Shown: piece by piece, positions 12,577-23,509 of the stretch
Position numbering within the stretch: position 1 is the stretch's first letter
Layout: each line of letters begins with the position of its first letter
Source of the DNA: Pelomyxa schiedti
Taxonomy: Eukaryota > Protista > Evosea
Direction of reading: 5' to 3'
DNA length: 64,000 bases
NCBI GenBank assembly: GCA_020536535.1
Contig: JAHLWZ010000803.1
Location: forward strand, 72,527 to 136,526
The notes under the pieces: model-generated
Told to the model about the DNA's origin: nothing
What the model saw: only the letters and a program-made list of their open reading frames with translations
Databases searched by the model: none
Program-made: the position numbers and the translations under genes

Positions 12577-12680
12577 TTGCCCTTTCCCAACCACAAAAGG
12601 CATTTTTAATTTATTGGCCCACAACAATTTGCATTTCTTTAGAAACTTTTAATTTTTTTTCCAAAAAGAAAATGAATGTA

Positions 12681-15484
12681 TCAAAGCCTCAGTCTCTTTC
12701 TTGGCTGTGAACTGCAAAACAGACTGTTAGCAGAATAATAAGGGAAGGAGATGACACGCACGGGTCGTCTTCGTTTTCATTTTCTCCATCTTCGTGTGCA
12801 CGCAATCTCATTGAGGATGTTGTTGGGTCAGTTATGGCAGCTTTTTTTTAAAAAAGAAAAAGTTAGTCCCTTGTGCGTGTTGTATGAGTAGAACTAGAAT
12901 TTGGTTACCTTCCATGGAATTTTCTGTTTGAGCCATGACTTTTATCAACTAAGATATGACATGCACATGTTGGTTAGGTCCGCGGTTAATGGGGAATGGG
13001 ATAATTACATCATTGATTTTCTTCATGTCTTTGTCCAGCTTGGCCTCCTTCTGTTTCCTTGTTTTCCTTCCATCTGCCATTTTTACACCAAACTGAAATG
13101 CAGCTCTGGAGGGATGAGTGAGTGGTTGGTGCAAGAACAGATAGTAACGAACCTGGGCATTGCCTCTCTTGTCTGATTATACTTTTCCCAGCCTTCTTCT
13201 GTGTCAAAATCCCATCTTTTCAATCTGTTTTTGCCCTTTGGTCCCTGATCCATTTTTGAGACATCTTCATCTTCATCACTGTCTGCTCCAAATGACGTGG
13301 ACTCAAAGGCTCTGAAAACAATTAGGGTGGAAGGGAACGTGAAAGGCTTGCACACCCTGGATAGCATTCAAAATAAGGGTCCAATTTCGTTGGATCCTGA
13401 GGAGAAAAAGAAAGTTCGGAAATTAATTACAATAGCTGAAGGGGAATTTACATACCGGCTTTGAAGGTGGCTGATTGTGATGTGATGCCTGTGGTGGTGC
13501 CCCACCAGGGCTAGCTTTAGTTGTTTGCTTGGGTGTGTTCAAGTCTTTCTGGGGAGATGATGGTGGAGGAGAAGTCTGGGGCAAGTTTGGAGTTGGTAGT
13601 AAGGCGGTGGGCTTCGTTCTTTCAGCAGTTGGTGGGTGACTGCCAGAGCTCTGATTGGCCGGGTCTGGATTCTTATTCTGGCTTTGGTTCTGATTCGGGT
13701 TCTGGCTCTCTAAATCTAGGGACATCACACGTGCTTGAGCCAAGATTAAAGAAGCTGTTGCTTTTGGATCAGTTGGTGCTGGTGCTTCCTCTGTGCTTCT
13801 CTGTGAAAATTAGAGATTTTACTTTCTCAGTAATGAAATTGTTACCTCAAAATAGGACTTAGGAGGCGCAACAGGTTGTGTTGGTGTACTTGTAGTCGAG
13901 GTTGGTGCTTTGGAACTGTCTTCTTTGTCTTTGGTGGAGAATATGTAATCTCCAACATCTGGGAATATACTATTTCAAAAGGTGAGAACTTGTTAAGACT
14001 GCAAGGTGATTAACCTATCCTCATTATCAAGAGGGGCTGAGATTGTGGGAGTTGTGACGGTGGTTGGAGGTGGTTTCTGTTAAGGCTGTAAGTTGTTATA
14101 TGGAAATGAGGGAAAATACTGTGGGAGTCATGGTAGGAGATTCCTTATCTTTTCTTCTTCTTCTACCCTTGGGTGCAACACGGAGACTTGTCATAACTTT
14201 CAAAATTTTGTCCATTATGTTGTTGTCAATCCTACCAGTCATCATTGCCTTTTTTTGCTATAAGATTTTTCCCATTCACTAGTAATGCGAACTTCATCCT
14301 GTGCCGCAGTTGTCTTGGAGCTTATAATAGTTGTTGGCATATCGGGAGCCCTCTCATCTACAGGGAAATGGTAAACCATCCTCCCACCAATGAAAAAGTC
14401 TAAAGTGTGAGATTGGTCATGCTGGTCTTGTTGGTGTGCTTGTATGGTAGCAGCAGTGGCAACAGAAGTATTATCACTGGTATTGAATGATGTGATGAGA
14501 GGTGCTGAAAAAAGTATTTTATATACACGCCGAGCCATGGGAGAGTGCATGGCAATGGCTGGTGTTGGTCTGTGACAGGAGTGAGGGGAAAAAGGCAACC
14601 AGGGATAAAAGTACTCGGGTAAAGGTTTTCTCTGTTCAGGAGTGTCCTTTTCTCTTTCTTCCATTTCCTTTCTTTTCTAAGAGAAGTTAGATTTAACACC
14701 AGAACTTAGACTTTGGAACCTTCTGGAGCAAAACAAAATCCAAACCTTTCACAAGATGTGTGTGAGCTTCATCACCACCAAGGTATTTTGATTGTTCTAC
14801 AGTCAACTTCTTCACGCTGACCTCTGAGACTCTATTTGCAGTGGTAGTAAAGAGGCAGAACAGTGCATAATGTACCCTGGTGCGGGCGGGTTCATTGTTG
14901 ATAAAATCTGGGTGTCACCAACAAAATCAGGATTGTCATTTTGACGTCTTTCAGCTGCCCGGTCTCTATCAATGAATGAGTGGCTGTTCATTTATGTACT
15001 GAGGTGCCAATAAATTGCAAAGGGGCGAAACAAAAAGAAGATGGTAACGAAAATGAGCTACAAACCTGTAACCTGCCGATTTTTTCTCTGAGTTCTGTGC
15101 CCTCCTACAACATTCATTCACATTAGAGTTCTTGGACAATTTTAAAAAAAAAAAAAAAAAGTGCCCCGCCTTCCCAACACAAACACAAACACTCACGTAC
15201 TGCTTCTTCCTCATTTCGCTCTTTACCCTCTTTCTGTAGGCGTCGTCGTCTTCCTCCTGCTGCTGCGCCCCGCCCTCGCCTCCTCCTCCCCCCTCCCCCG
15301 TGGCCGCCCCGCCGCCGCCGCCGCCTCCTCCCCCGCGCCCCCCTGGCTTGGGGCCCCCGCGGCCCCGCGACGGCGTCGCCCTGGTGGCCCCGCCCCCTCC
15401 CCCCGGCGTGGTCCCCACCGCCGGAGTCGACCGCGGCGTCATCATGAGCACCCGGAAGTCCTGGTTCGACAGCCCCCGCGACAT
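12681..15484 (-). CDS. IK: Spliceosomal protein RED (IK/SMU2)
   Basis: RED_N: LSNQDFRVLMMTPR, YRDRAAERR, EQSKYLGGDEAHTHLVKGLDF. RED_C: KRWDFDTEEGWEKYNQTREAMPRAAFQFGVKMADGRKTRK. Confidence 0.93.
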
Positions 15485-15844
15485 GGCCTCTTCGTTATTG
15501 CGATTTTTTTTTTTTTTAGTGATGAGAGTGTCGCCACGAAAGTTCGAGGATTTAGTTGGCTTAGTGTTGTGCCACTCTCCTGAAGAAACGAGCGATTAAC
15601 AAAACCTTTGTTGGGCTGAGGGACAGGCTAAAAGGAAGGGTGGATGACTTCGATTGTATGGTTTTATTTGTTGTACTTAGTACTGGGCCTAAGTTGTACA
15701 TTTCACCACGGCATAATGGTGACGTTCAGTTCAAAACAAAAAAAAGCGCCCAATCTGCCAAAACCAAGCCTTCTTATACCTGAAATTTAAGAGTGTAAGT
15801 GACTAGTAGGTACTAAGTAGCATATCAAACCTTGGTGGCAGAAA

Positions 15845-16828
15845 TTAAACCATCCCTTCCGGTGTCTTTGCTACCATCTCAATCTCTGCAGCGGGCCCGG
15901 CCGGAGTAGTTGCCCTAGCCTCTACAGCCATTGGGGGCCGGGCGTCAGTCGGGAACTTACAGTTGTAAAAGTGCCAGAGCAGCGGTGTGACATAGCATGC
16001 CACCACAACATCCAGTGTGTAGTGGCGCCTTGTTAGCAGGATGCACACTATTTGAAACAAGATGAGCGGGTATAGGGCGTAATTCAGTATCTCAATGGCG
16101 CGCTTGCTCATACTGGGTGCCCCATTAGCGGTGGGCTGTATAAAAACAGGCACTGAGTAGTACTGGAACGTGAAGATGAAGGTGATGAGGGTGAACATGT
16201 GTCCACTAAAGACAAGGTCACCACAGTTCGAATTTGGAGAGACTGCCAGCCGCGTGAACACGGCCAACAGTGTCTTTGGCTGATATTCTCCTGCTGCATA
16301 ACTGCGGCATATTGGAGTAACACCAGGCAGTGAGGTGGCTACATATGTGAAAAAGCGTAGAGTCTGTCCCAGCAGAAACACAGTACCCATTCGTTCCATT
16401 ATGTTGTATATGTAAGGCTGTACTTTGGTCAATATTGTCTCCCCCGCCCTCATATTAAAATATCGACTCCAATTGTATTTAATAGCCATTAAGGTACAGT
16501 AGGGAAACCAGTATACCTTCGTGGTTGACAGAGTATTGCCAATGAGAGTGTAGAGGCACAGGATAAGAATAAGTAAACCAATAATCTTGATCGGAAGATC
16601 AGCGAGAGTGCGCGCTGCCACGGAGTTCTCGAGATTTGGTAGGAGCGAGAACCCCCTATCAGACAAGACCGGTCTGCCCACCTCGTGGAAGTAAAAAACG
16701 AGGTTTCTCGCCACCATGCTGATGCAGTATACGAACCAGAAGGTCACCAAAACAAGGTATTTCCAGTGCGTTCTCAAGAGGTACCACTCCCCTTTTAATC
16801 TCTCCAGCAAATAGTCTGTCCAACGCAT
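15845..16828 (-). CDS. Inositol-phosphorylceramide / sphingomyelin synthase family (PAP2_C)
   Basis: D-GF (DRGF), LRFFTYVATSLPG, CGDLVFSGH and HYTLDVVVA motifs, with multiple TM segments. Probable in-frame intron at 16418-16516. Confidence 0.9.
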   Translation of the reverse strand: MRWTDYLLERLKGEWYLLRTHWKYLVLVTFWFVYCISMVARNLVFYFHEVGRPVLSDRGFSLLPNLENSVAARTLADLPIKIIGLLILILCLYTLIGNTLSTTKVYWFPYCTLMAIKYNWSRYFNMRAGETILTKVQPYIYNIMERMGTVFLLGQTLRFFTYVATSLPGVTPICRSYAAGEYQPKTLLAVFTRLAVSPNSNCGDLVFSGHMFTLITFIFTFQYYSVPVFIQPTANGAPSMSKRAIEILNYALYPLILFQIVCILLTRRHYTLDVVVACYVTPLLWHFYNCKFPTDARPPMAVEARATTPAGPAAEIEMVAKTPEGMV

Positions 16829-17245
16829 TTCCGGTGTCGCAACGACGCACTCTCGGCTTAAGATCTGGGTTGTGCGCCCAACGTCGGCAAAATGTTTGTT
16901 TGATGCGCCCGCGAGCAGATTGGAAGAAAAAAAAACAGGGACTTGGGAGAATGCAATCGAATGGAAGTCCTGGAAAGTGACGTGAACCGTTCAATTTTTC
17001 AGGCCTAAATCGGCCGGACTAGTTGCACAATCATCACAGCAGGCAAGAGGTACCCCGAACGGCCTATTCGACAAATCCGATTGGAGTCAGTCAAGCTCTT
17101 CTTTTGTTTCAGATATCGCAATTGCAGTCAACCGTGCATGATGTGGCACCTCCAATCTGTGTTTCGAGCGCACTGAGCTAGACTGAATCTGGAAAGTGCC
17201 AGATGGCAAAAGTGGGGGTTCTTTCACAGAACAGCTGCGATTCTG

Positions 17246-19557
17246 TTAAGTGGAACTCGTGGTGGTTTTAGGGGTCACGCTTGCGTTGCAGAGCACCACG
17301 TGGTTTGTGGCCATGTTGCTTGGTTCATGTTCTGTGAGTGCTATTGGCCCGTTGGTGGTATTGATTGATGACGGGTGATTGGGGTGTATGAGTGATGTGG
17401 GGAGGTTCAGAGGGATGGGGAATGTGTGGAAGTTGCTGGTAGTGCCACCGGTAGGGGAGATTTTGAGTTTCTGAATCAACAACCAGTCTTCCATGAACAG
17501 AGTAAACAAGCCAAGTGGAAGTGGGGAATTATGTGATGTGGAGGAGACGGATTGTTCCCATACATCGCATATCATGGTGATGAGCTCTTGCTCAACTTTT
17601 GGGAGAAGAGATAGGTGTCCGGGTTGCAACAGCAGTTCTGACGGAAGTTCCCTCTCAAATATTGAACACACCATCTCAAAGAGGGGTCTAAACAGGGGAA
17701 ACCGCATCGCAGTCATATCCGCATCCCGTGCAGTTGGTCGTTGACTTGTGTAGGACCATGGCTCATACAAACCCATTAAAACCTGCAAAGGTCAAGGACG
17801 AAACTTTTTCTTTGATCATTACCTGAGGGGAGCTGTCAAAATGTAGAGAGAACAATATGGACACGTTTGGATGACCCCCCGCATAGTGTAACCAGCAAAT
17901 GCCGGAATCTGCCAACTGCTTGGCGACATTCGGAAACTGCTTGACAACGGTATTAGGGGGAACTTCACAGGGTTTGGTTTCAAGATAGTTTGAAAGCGTT
18001 TCCTCATGCACCCATATTTCGACTTGCTCCCCTATGTGATATTAATCTGTGTTATATCCACACTGGGAAAATGGAAAATACCTTGCGCTATATTAATTGA
18101 TGATGTTAGGTCTTTGAAGCACTCAAATACATATGGCATGCATACAAGGGAAGGTGCTGTAGGAACAGCTGTTCTATCGCGCAACAGAGCTAGAAGAGTC
18201 TTCTTAACACCTGCAATGTCCAAAGAGAGGCTGTGACTGTGCATGCATTCCACTTGTGAGGGGGGAATTGTAGGAGAAGGACAAGGCCTAAGGTGGTTGG
18301 CATAGTAGCAACTCTCGAGTTCGAAGTTCCAATGGTGCCGTTGTACCTCCCTTCCTTTCACAAGATAAGCACGGTGCAACGCAGAGATTAATACTCAGAA
18401 ATTGGAGCATAATATCCGAAATAGGAAGCGTAGACGAAGGTGCTTGGAACAAGGTATTGAAATCAAGTTTTTCCATCTCTCTTACACGTGATAATATAAC
18501 AATCAACTTATTTCAATCAAGTTAATGTCCGTGTAGTAGGGCATTGATCAACCTTGTGCCCTGGAGGAAAGGTTTCACTAAGAAATTTAAGTCGCTTGCA
18601 TAGAATGAGATGCTGGGCTCTGTTCAGAGTGGAAAAGCCTCCTTTCGAGTCAAAGAGTGTGCACATATTTAGAAAGTATCTTTGAAGTCATTACGTGCAA
18701 GTACTAACCCAGGAAAAAGTACATTGTTTTCTTTGCTGTGCAAAGTAGCTTTCTAGACCGCTGGGCAATCTCCATTGTTTTAGGATCCCTATTTGTAGCA
18801 TCCCCTTGCGACATTATCAAATCAAGATGATCACCACCGATTTCAATAAATTGTAGAGCCTGTTCTTAATTGGCACTTCTCTTCATCTGTGGACAAGTCG
18901 CTAGAAGGGCACAGGCATACAACGTAACGAGTGTACGGTTCTATAGGAAGGAGATCAAGCCCGTTTTCATCAAGAAAAAAAGCGAAGTCTTCAGCTATTT
19001 ATTTAAAGAGTTAAGTGTCATGGGACAGGAAGAGAAGCCGCACCTGTAAGCATAAATGATCCTCGGCATAAATCAGTATCAATAAAAGGGGGTTCGTCCA
19101 TTGGGGACTCGTTTGCTGATAAAAACCTTTAAAGGAATTACAATCATAGCGAGATGAAATACTGCAACACCTTGTGTTCACAAACGAGCTGTGGACAATA
19201 GGCAGCTCAGACAGGAGGTCAATCCATCCAGGATCATTGTGGTTCACGAACGCGTGAATAAACGTAGTCTTTCCAGCATTTTGGTCTCCTAACAACAAAA
19301 AAGAAAAGCTATCTCGCCTCAGCGCTCCCAATCGCACTGGAAATGGAAAGCAAAAAAAAAAAGAAAAAAAAAAACATTGCTGTTGCGTCTGCAGCAACAC
19401 AAGACTGCGAGGAAGGTGAAGTCGAGACGCCCCAGGGATCTTCCGCACCCAAATCAGAGATCTCCTCGTCATACAGATCGCTGTTCTGAAACTTCCCGCG
19501 CTGCACGCACCCGTATTCCGTCCTTTCCGTCACCGCCACTGTCTGCACACACGACAT
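17246..19557 (-). CDS. Uncharacterised P-loop GTPase-like protein (multi-exon)
   Basis: Walker A FLLLGDQNAGKTT and a G3-like LQFIEIGGD motif lie in successive exons, followed by a C-terminal region with no recognised domain. Confidence 0.65.
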
Positions 19558-19910
19558 ACGAGCGACCCACGCGTGCCCTTGGCACCAAAGGCGCGGACGA
19601 ATGTTCGTACTTCGAATAAATTCGATTTTTTTTGGCTCATAGATTTTGTCTAAAACTCAATTTTTGGCGGGCATGACAAGATGCCCAATCAAATTCACAC
19701 CAGACAAGAAGTGAGCAGGGTGACAATGTTCAGGAACCTCAGTGGCGGCCGATGTGGGTGAGCAGCGAGGGGGTGAGGGTCGACGCAGGGCTGTGCGTGC
19801 CACAGCACACCGAGGCCAAGGGTGATGAACTGGGCGGCAACGCAGTTGTCCAGGAGCACACAGAACGGCAACAGTTCCCAGGGGGAGTTGCAACAGAGAG
19901 AGGACCTGGC

Positions 19911-19979
19911 AGGTACCCCTTGTGTTCTTCAAAAGGTTGAATGCCCAGTACAACCTTTTGAAGAACACAAGGGGTGCCT
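19911..19979. repeat. 29-bp inverted repeat (hairpin) with 11-nt loop
   Basis: aggtaccccttgtgttcttcaaaaggttg / caaccttttgaagaacacaaggggtgcct are 28/29 complementary. Confidence 0.95.
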
Positions 19980-20432
19980 CTCCCACAAGGCCCTGCCACT
20001 TGTTGAAGTGAAGGTTCAAGCCACACAATCCTTTTACCAACAGAGCTTCCACATTTCCCTCTTGCCACTTCCTTAACCTCAACCCATGTGACCACATCCC
20101 AATTAGACTTACCCCAAAAAACGCTTTTTAGCATGTTCCCACACTTGTACCTTGTAGTGCGTTCTGGTGCAGCTGGCATTTATGCTAGCAGATCGTTTTC
20201 TTGTTCGCAGTGCTTTCTGGCTTTCTGTGGGAGATGCCCAAGCAGGCCATCACGGTACTGGTGCCAGTCCTCTCCATCCACCCACACAAGAACGACACCA
20301 CTCCCCACATCGTCGTGGTTGTGTCGTTGTGATAGTCCATTTGTGTTGTAAATAGAGCTTGTTTCACTGGTTTTGAAATTTCTTATGGTGAAATTGTGGT
20401 AGTGGTTGATGGGCACTGAACTTGGGGTCTGG

Positions 20433-21704
20433 TCACAGACGGGTGATGTGTTGAACACATGGAACAGTCAGCATCAGGGTGAGGAAACACACACCAGTTG
20501 ATGCCTCAATCACCTTGATCCTGTCAGGTGAACACACGAACAAGAATCCCGAGTTTGCCTCCATTGTGGCCATTTTTGGCCCACCAAATCTGATCACCCT
20601 CACCTTTTCTGGCCTCACACCATTGCTGCAGTCCCACACTTCTGCGAATGCACTTGGGTGGCGCTTTGTGCACACACAGAACTGTGATTCTGACAGCTGT
20701 GACAGGCCAAGGTCACCTGGCTTCACCTCAGTGGCAACTGGCTGCTCACCTTGTTGTGGCACTGCGTCATACACTGCACTCAGCTGGAAACTCTTCCAGT
20801 CATAAGTCTTCCTGAGAATGAAGCACCTGGAACCACTGGCAGTGCTCAGGCACAGGAGATTGGAGACTCCCAGATGTCCATCGGCAGTAATCACACACTG
20901 TGTGTCGGACACAATCACCAGGCTCCTGGATTCGAACGACTTGGCAACGTCGACAACCAAAGCAGACAAGCACTTCTTGTTTGGTTTGTGAGTAAGCACA
21001 AACACGGCCTTGTCAGGATCAGACCGGACGCAGAACGACACGCACTTCACAAAACAAGGAAACGGCGGGTCCACGCGGCAGCGAACAAACTTGAGCGCAG
21101 GCAGGTCAACAGCCTTGGTGATGAACACGCCGGTGCCCTCGCCGCCTGCAAACGAGAACATCACCACCCACCTCGAGTTCCCGTAGTAGCTCCCGTTGGC
21201 GTCGTTGTGCACGACGTAGTAGTGGTCGCGGTCCCCCCCGCCCTTGTTGGTCCCGCCCGTCGTCGCGTCCACCACCCTGAGCTCGTACGCGCACCCGCCC
21301 CACTCCACGTCCAGGTGGCGGTCGCCGTCGAGCCGCAGGGAGTGGCACACGGCGTGGGTGGTGGCGGGCCCCGTGAGGGCCAGCACCGCGGGGGACACGC
21401 GCAGCTGCACCGCGCAGTCGTGGGTGCGGCCGCCCGGGGAGGGAGGGCCGCCGCCGCCGAGGGCGGTGAGGTCCACGACGAAGCGGGCCTGGGTGGCCGC
21501 GATGTAGTCGGACCACAGGGCGCGCAGGAACGCGAGCCACAGGCCCCCGGCGTCGACAGGGGAGGGCCCCCGGAGGAGAAGGAGGGCGTTGTGTGCGCCG
21601 CATCGCGGGTGGGCCACGAGCATCAGCGACACCATTTGGGACTGCGCAGTTGTGGCTCCTTCGACTCGAAGTGGAGGTGTGCGTTGGGGCCCTGTGGTGG
21701 CCAT
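20433..21704 (-). CDS. PRCG-motif family protein (divergent member), intronless
   Basis: ORF of ~420 aa containing AQSQMVSLMLVAHPRCGAHNAL and a beta-rich C-terminus ending GFLFV...IKVIEASTGVCFLTL, comparable to GGLIAF...IDLVDALSGTLVLTL in the 28.7-32.4 kb array. Confidence 0.75.
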   Translation of the reverse strand: MATTGPQRTPPLRVEGATTAQSQMVSLMLVAHPRCGAHNALLLLRGPSPVDAGGLWLAFLRALWSDYIAATQARFVVDLTALGGGGPPSPGGRTHDCAVQLRVSPAVLALTGPATTHAVCHSLRLDGDRHLDVEWGGCAYELRVVDATTGGTNKGGGDRDHYYVVHNDANGSYYGNSRWVVMFSFAGGEGTGVFITKAVDLPALKFVRCRVDPPFPCFVKCVSFCVRSDPDKAVFVLTHKPNKKCLSALVVDVAKSFESRSLVIVSDTQCVITADGHLGVSNLLCLSTASGSRCFILRKTYDWKSFQLSAVYDAVPQQGEQPVATEVKPGDLGLSQLSESQFCVCTKRHPSAFAEVWDCSNGVRPEKVRVIRFGGPKMATMEANSGFLFVCSPDRIKVIEASTGVCFLTLMLTVPCVQHITRL

Positions 21705-21723
21705 ACTTTTGGGTGGGACGGCC

Positions 21724-21740
21724 AATGTAGTTAACTACAA
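21724..21740. repeat. Palindrome TGTAGTTAACTACA, left member of a 17-bp inverted pair
   Basis: aatgtagttaactacaa is the exact reverse complement of 23493-23509. Confidence 0.85.
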
Positions 21741-21792
21741 AAAATGTGAAAAATAGTTTTCTCAATCAGGACACCCTCAATCGACGTGAAAC

Positions 21793-23041
21793 CAGTGCTC
21801 TACCCAGTTAAAACCTTTAACTTGGTACCAAGTTTCCTTAACCTTTAACTGGGTTAACTGTTAACTGGGTTTTTTTAACTTGGTAATGGTTTTCTGTGGA
21901 AAAAAAAATGTGTTATTCCTCATTGTCCAGCTCTTGCGTTGCAGGTGGTGGTGCTTGAGGGAGTGGCTTGTAATTAAAAATTTTCTCAAAGTTGTAGTGT
22001 ATGAAGACAAGCTTCTCTGTCAGAGCAGGGTCAAGAGCATTGCGGTAGGAGTTGTGCACATAACCTTCCCAGGAGAAGACCCTCTCACAGTCAGCTTCTG
22101 TTGCAGCCACACCACAAAGCAATATAGCTAATTCTGAAAGGAATGGAGAAATAGCCAAAGATGCCAGCCAGTAGTTTGAGCAAGTGAGACCAGTCTTTGC
22201 ACACCCAAGTTGTATTGGATCAGTCTTGGACACATGCTTAGATAGCTGTGCCAATAGCTGAGATGTAAGTTCAGCACGAGGTACCTTGCTAGATACTGGT
22301 AGCAGACCACACTTCATCCATTGGGGGTACTTCTCTGCAACTAATGTGAGCATCTGCATACTTCCCTTGGAAAAGGTCTCTGCCTCAAGATTTTTACCCA
22401 ATCAGGCTTTGGGCATTAAACAGTGGGTAAAATCAAATATCCTTGATGCCTCAAACTTGTGAAGCATCTCTTTCATGACAGCTTGCACAGGCACTGTCGA
22501 ATCAGGCCACTGCTGACAGATTTTGTTGGAAGCAAATGGCATGACACTGAGTGACAATGGCATTTAAAGGAGGACATGCAGCAAGGATTTTTGCTTGGGT
22601 GAGTTCCAGGCAATGTGCCATGCAACACACAGGAATTACTGTGGGATGAGATTCAATGGCTGCTTTTAACCCCTTTGTTTCAGCATGCTCATTATCACAG
22701 GTTGCACCAACAACTGTGGTTGGGGATGCCTCTGGAGTATGTTTTAAAACAAATAATGAAACAGCAATGATACCAAGCTCAGTAAAACACTCAGAAATCA
22801 AATGGGTATAATCCTCAGCATATGTGCTGTTGTTTCCCAGGTTTTTGAGTTTCCAAAGGTAAGATTCCACCTACTGTGACACAAAACGCAATGAGCTTGT
22901 TGCCGGAAATGTCTTTGCCACCATCAAAAGTCACAGCCACAGCTTCATGAGCTGCCACAAACTCAGTGAGGCCTTTCTGAAGCCAATCATACAGTAGATT
23001 AATCCAAGCATGAATCTTTTCGATTTTAACATCCTCCATAC
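21793..23041 (-). mobile_element. Truncated hAT DNA transposon (3' end with putative TIR and subterminal repeats)
   Basis: Terminus cagtgctctacccagttaaaacc followed by clustered TTAACT(G/T)G subterminal repeats (21800-21884) just beyond the transposase stop. The 5' part is cut off at the MITE. Confidence 0.8.
21913..23039 (-). pseudogene. hAT transposase pseudogene (DUF659/RNase H-like core plus hATC dimerisation domain)
   Basis: VTFDGGKD, ATCDNE, CMAHCLEL and LAILLCGVAATEADCERVFS...RNALDPALTEKLVFIHYN are split over three ORFs by frameshifts and an internal deletion. Confidence 0.88.
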
Positions 23042-23464
23042 CAAAGCTGCGTGAATACCGAATAGGCCAGGATGGTATTCGAAAAACGAATATTCGGCCA
23101 AAAAAACGGTATTCGACGTTCGATATTCGAGGTGTTCTCCAACTTGTGCATACCTCAGACTAGACTGGCCGGTCCTCATTATTGATTGTTATGCGAAGGG
23201 TTTTTTTTTTTGTGGCCTCTTAGACTGTCGCAAATCCGGCAAAAAGGGACACGTACATCTTACGTTAACGGGGCACGCAAGGTACAAACACTTTATGTAG
23301 GCAACTATTAATTGTATCTACCCCCACCAATAGTGTGGGCAGACACTTTCCCACGTACAACAACAAAAGAACCGAATACCAAATAGTAACAGGCATTCGA
23401 CATTCGACGAATAGTCAAAAAAAATCGAATTTATTCGAAGTACGAATATTCGTCCGCACCTTTG
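23042..23464. mobile_element. hAT-type MITE
   Basis: Imperfect TIRs caaagctgcg / cgcacctttg and dense CGAATA/TATTCG subterminal repeats at both ends. It is non-coding and interrupts the transposase. Confidence 0.75.
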
Positions 23465-23467
23465 GTC

Positions 23468-23509
23468 TTAACTACAAAAAACCAACTTGGTGTTGTAGTT
23501 AACTACATT
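23468..23509. repeat. TAACTACA/TGTAGTTA cluster forming a small hairpin plus palindrome
   Basis: ttaactacaa...ccaacttgg..ttgtagttaactacatt. Confidence 0.8.

Noticed and set aside
15845-16828. IPC synthase as an intronless retrogene
   Set aside because: A probable in-frame 99-nt intron is hidden in the ORF.
20180-20458. VVLVWVDGEDW resembling Stealth CR1
   Set aside because: No CR2-CR4 motifs follow and the frame stops shortly after, so it is treated as chance.
23042-23464. CGAATA repeat cluster as a CRISPR-like or iteron array
   Set aside because: The repeats are short, irregularly spaced and confined to both ends inside TIRs, as in transposon subterminal repeats, and the context is eukaryotic.
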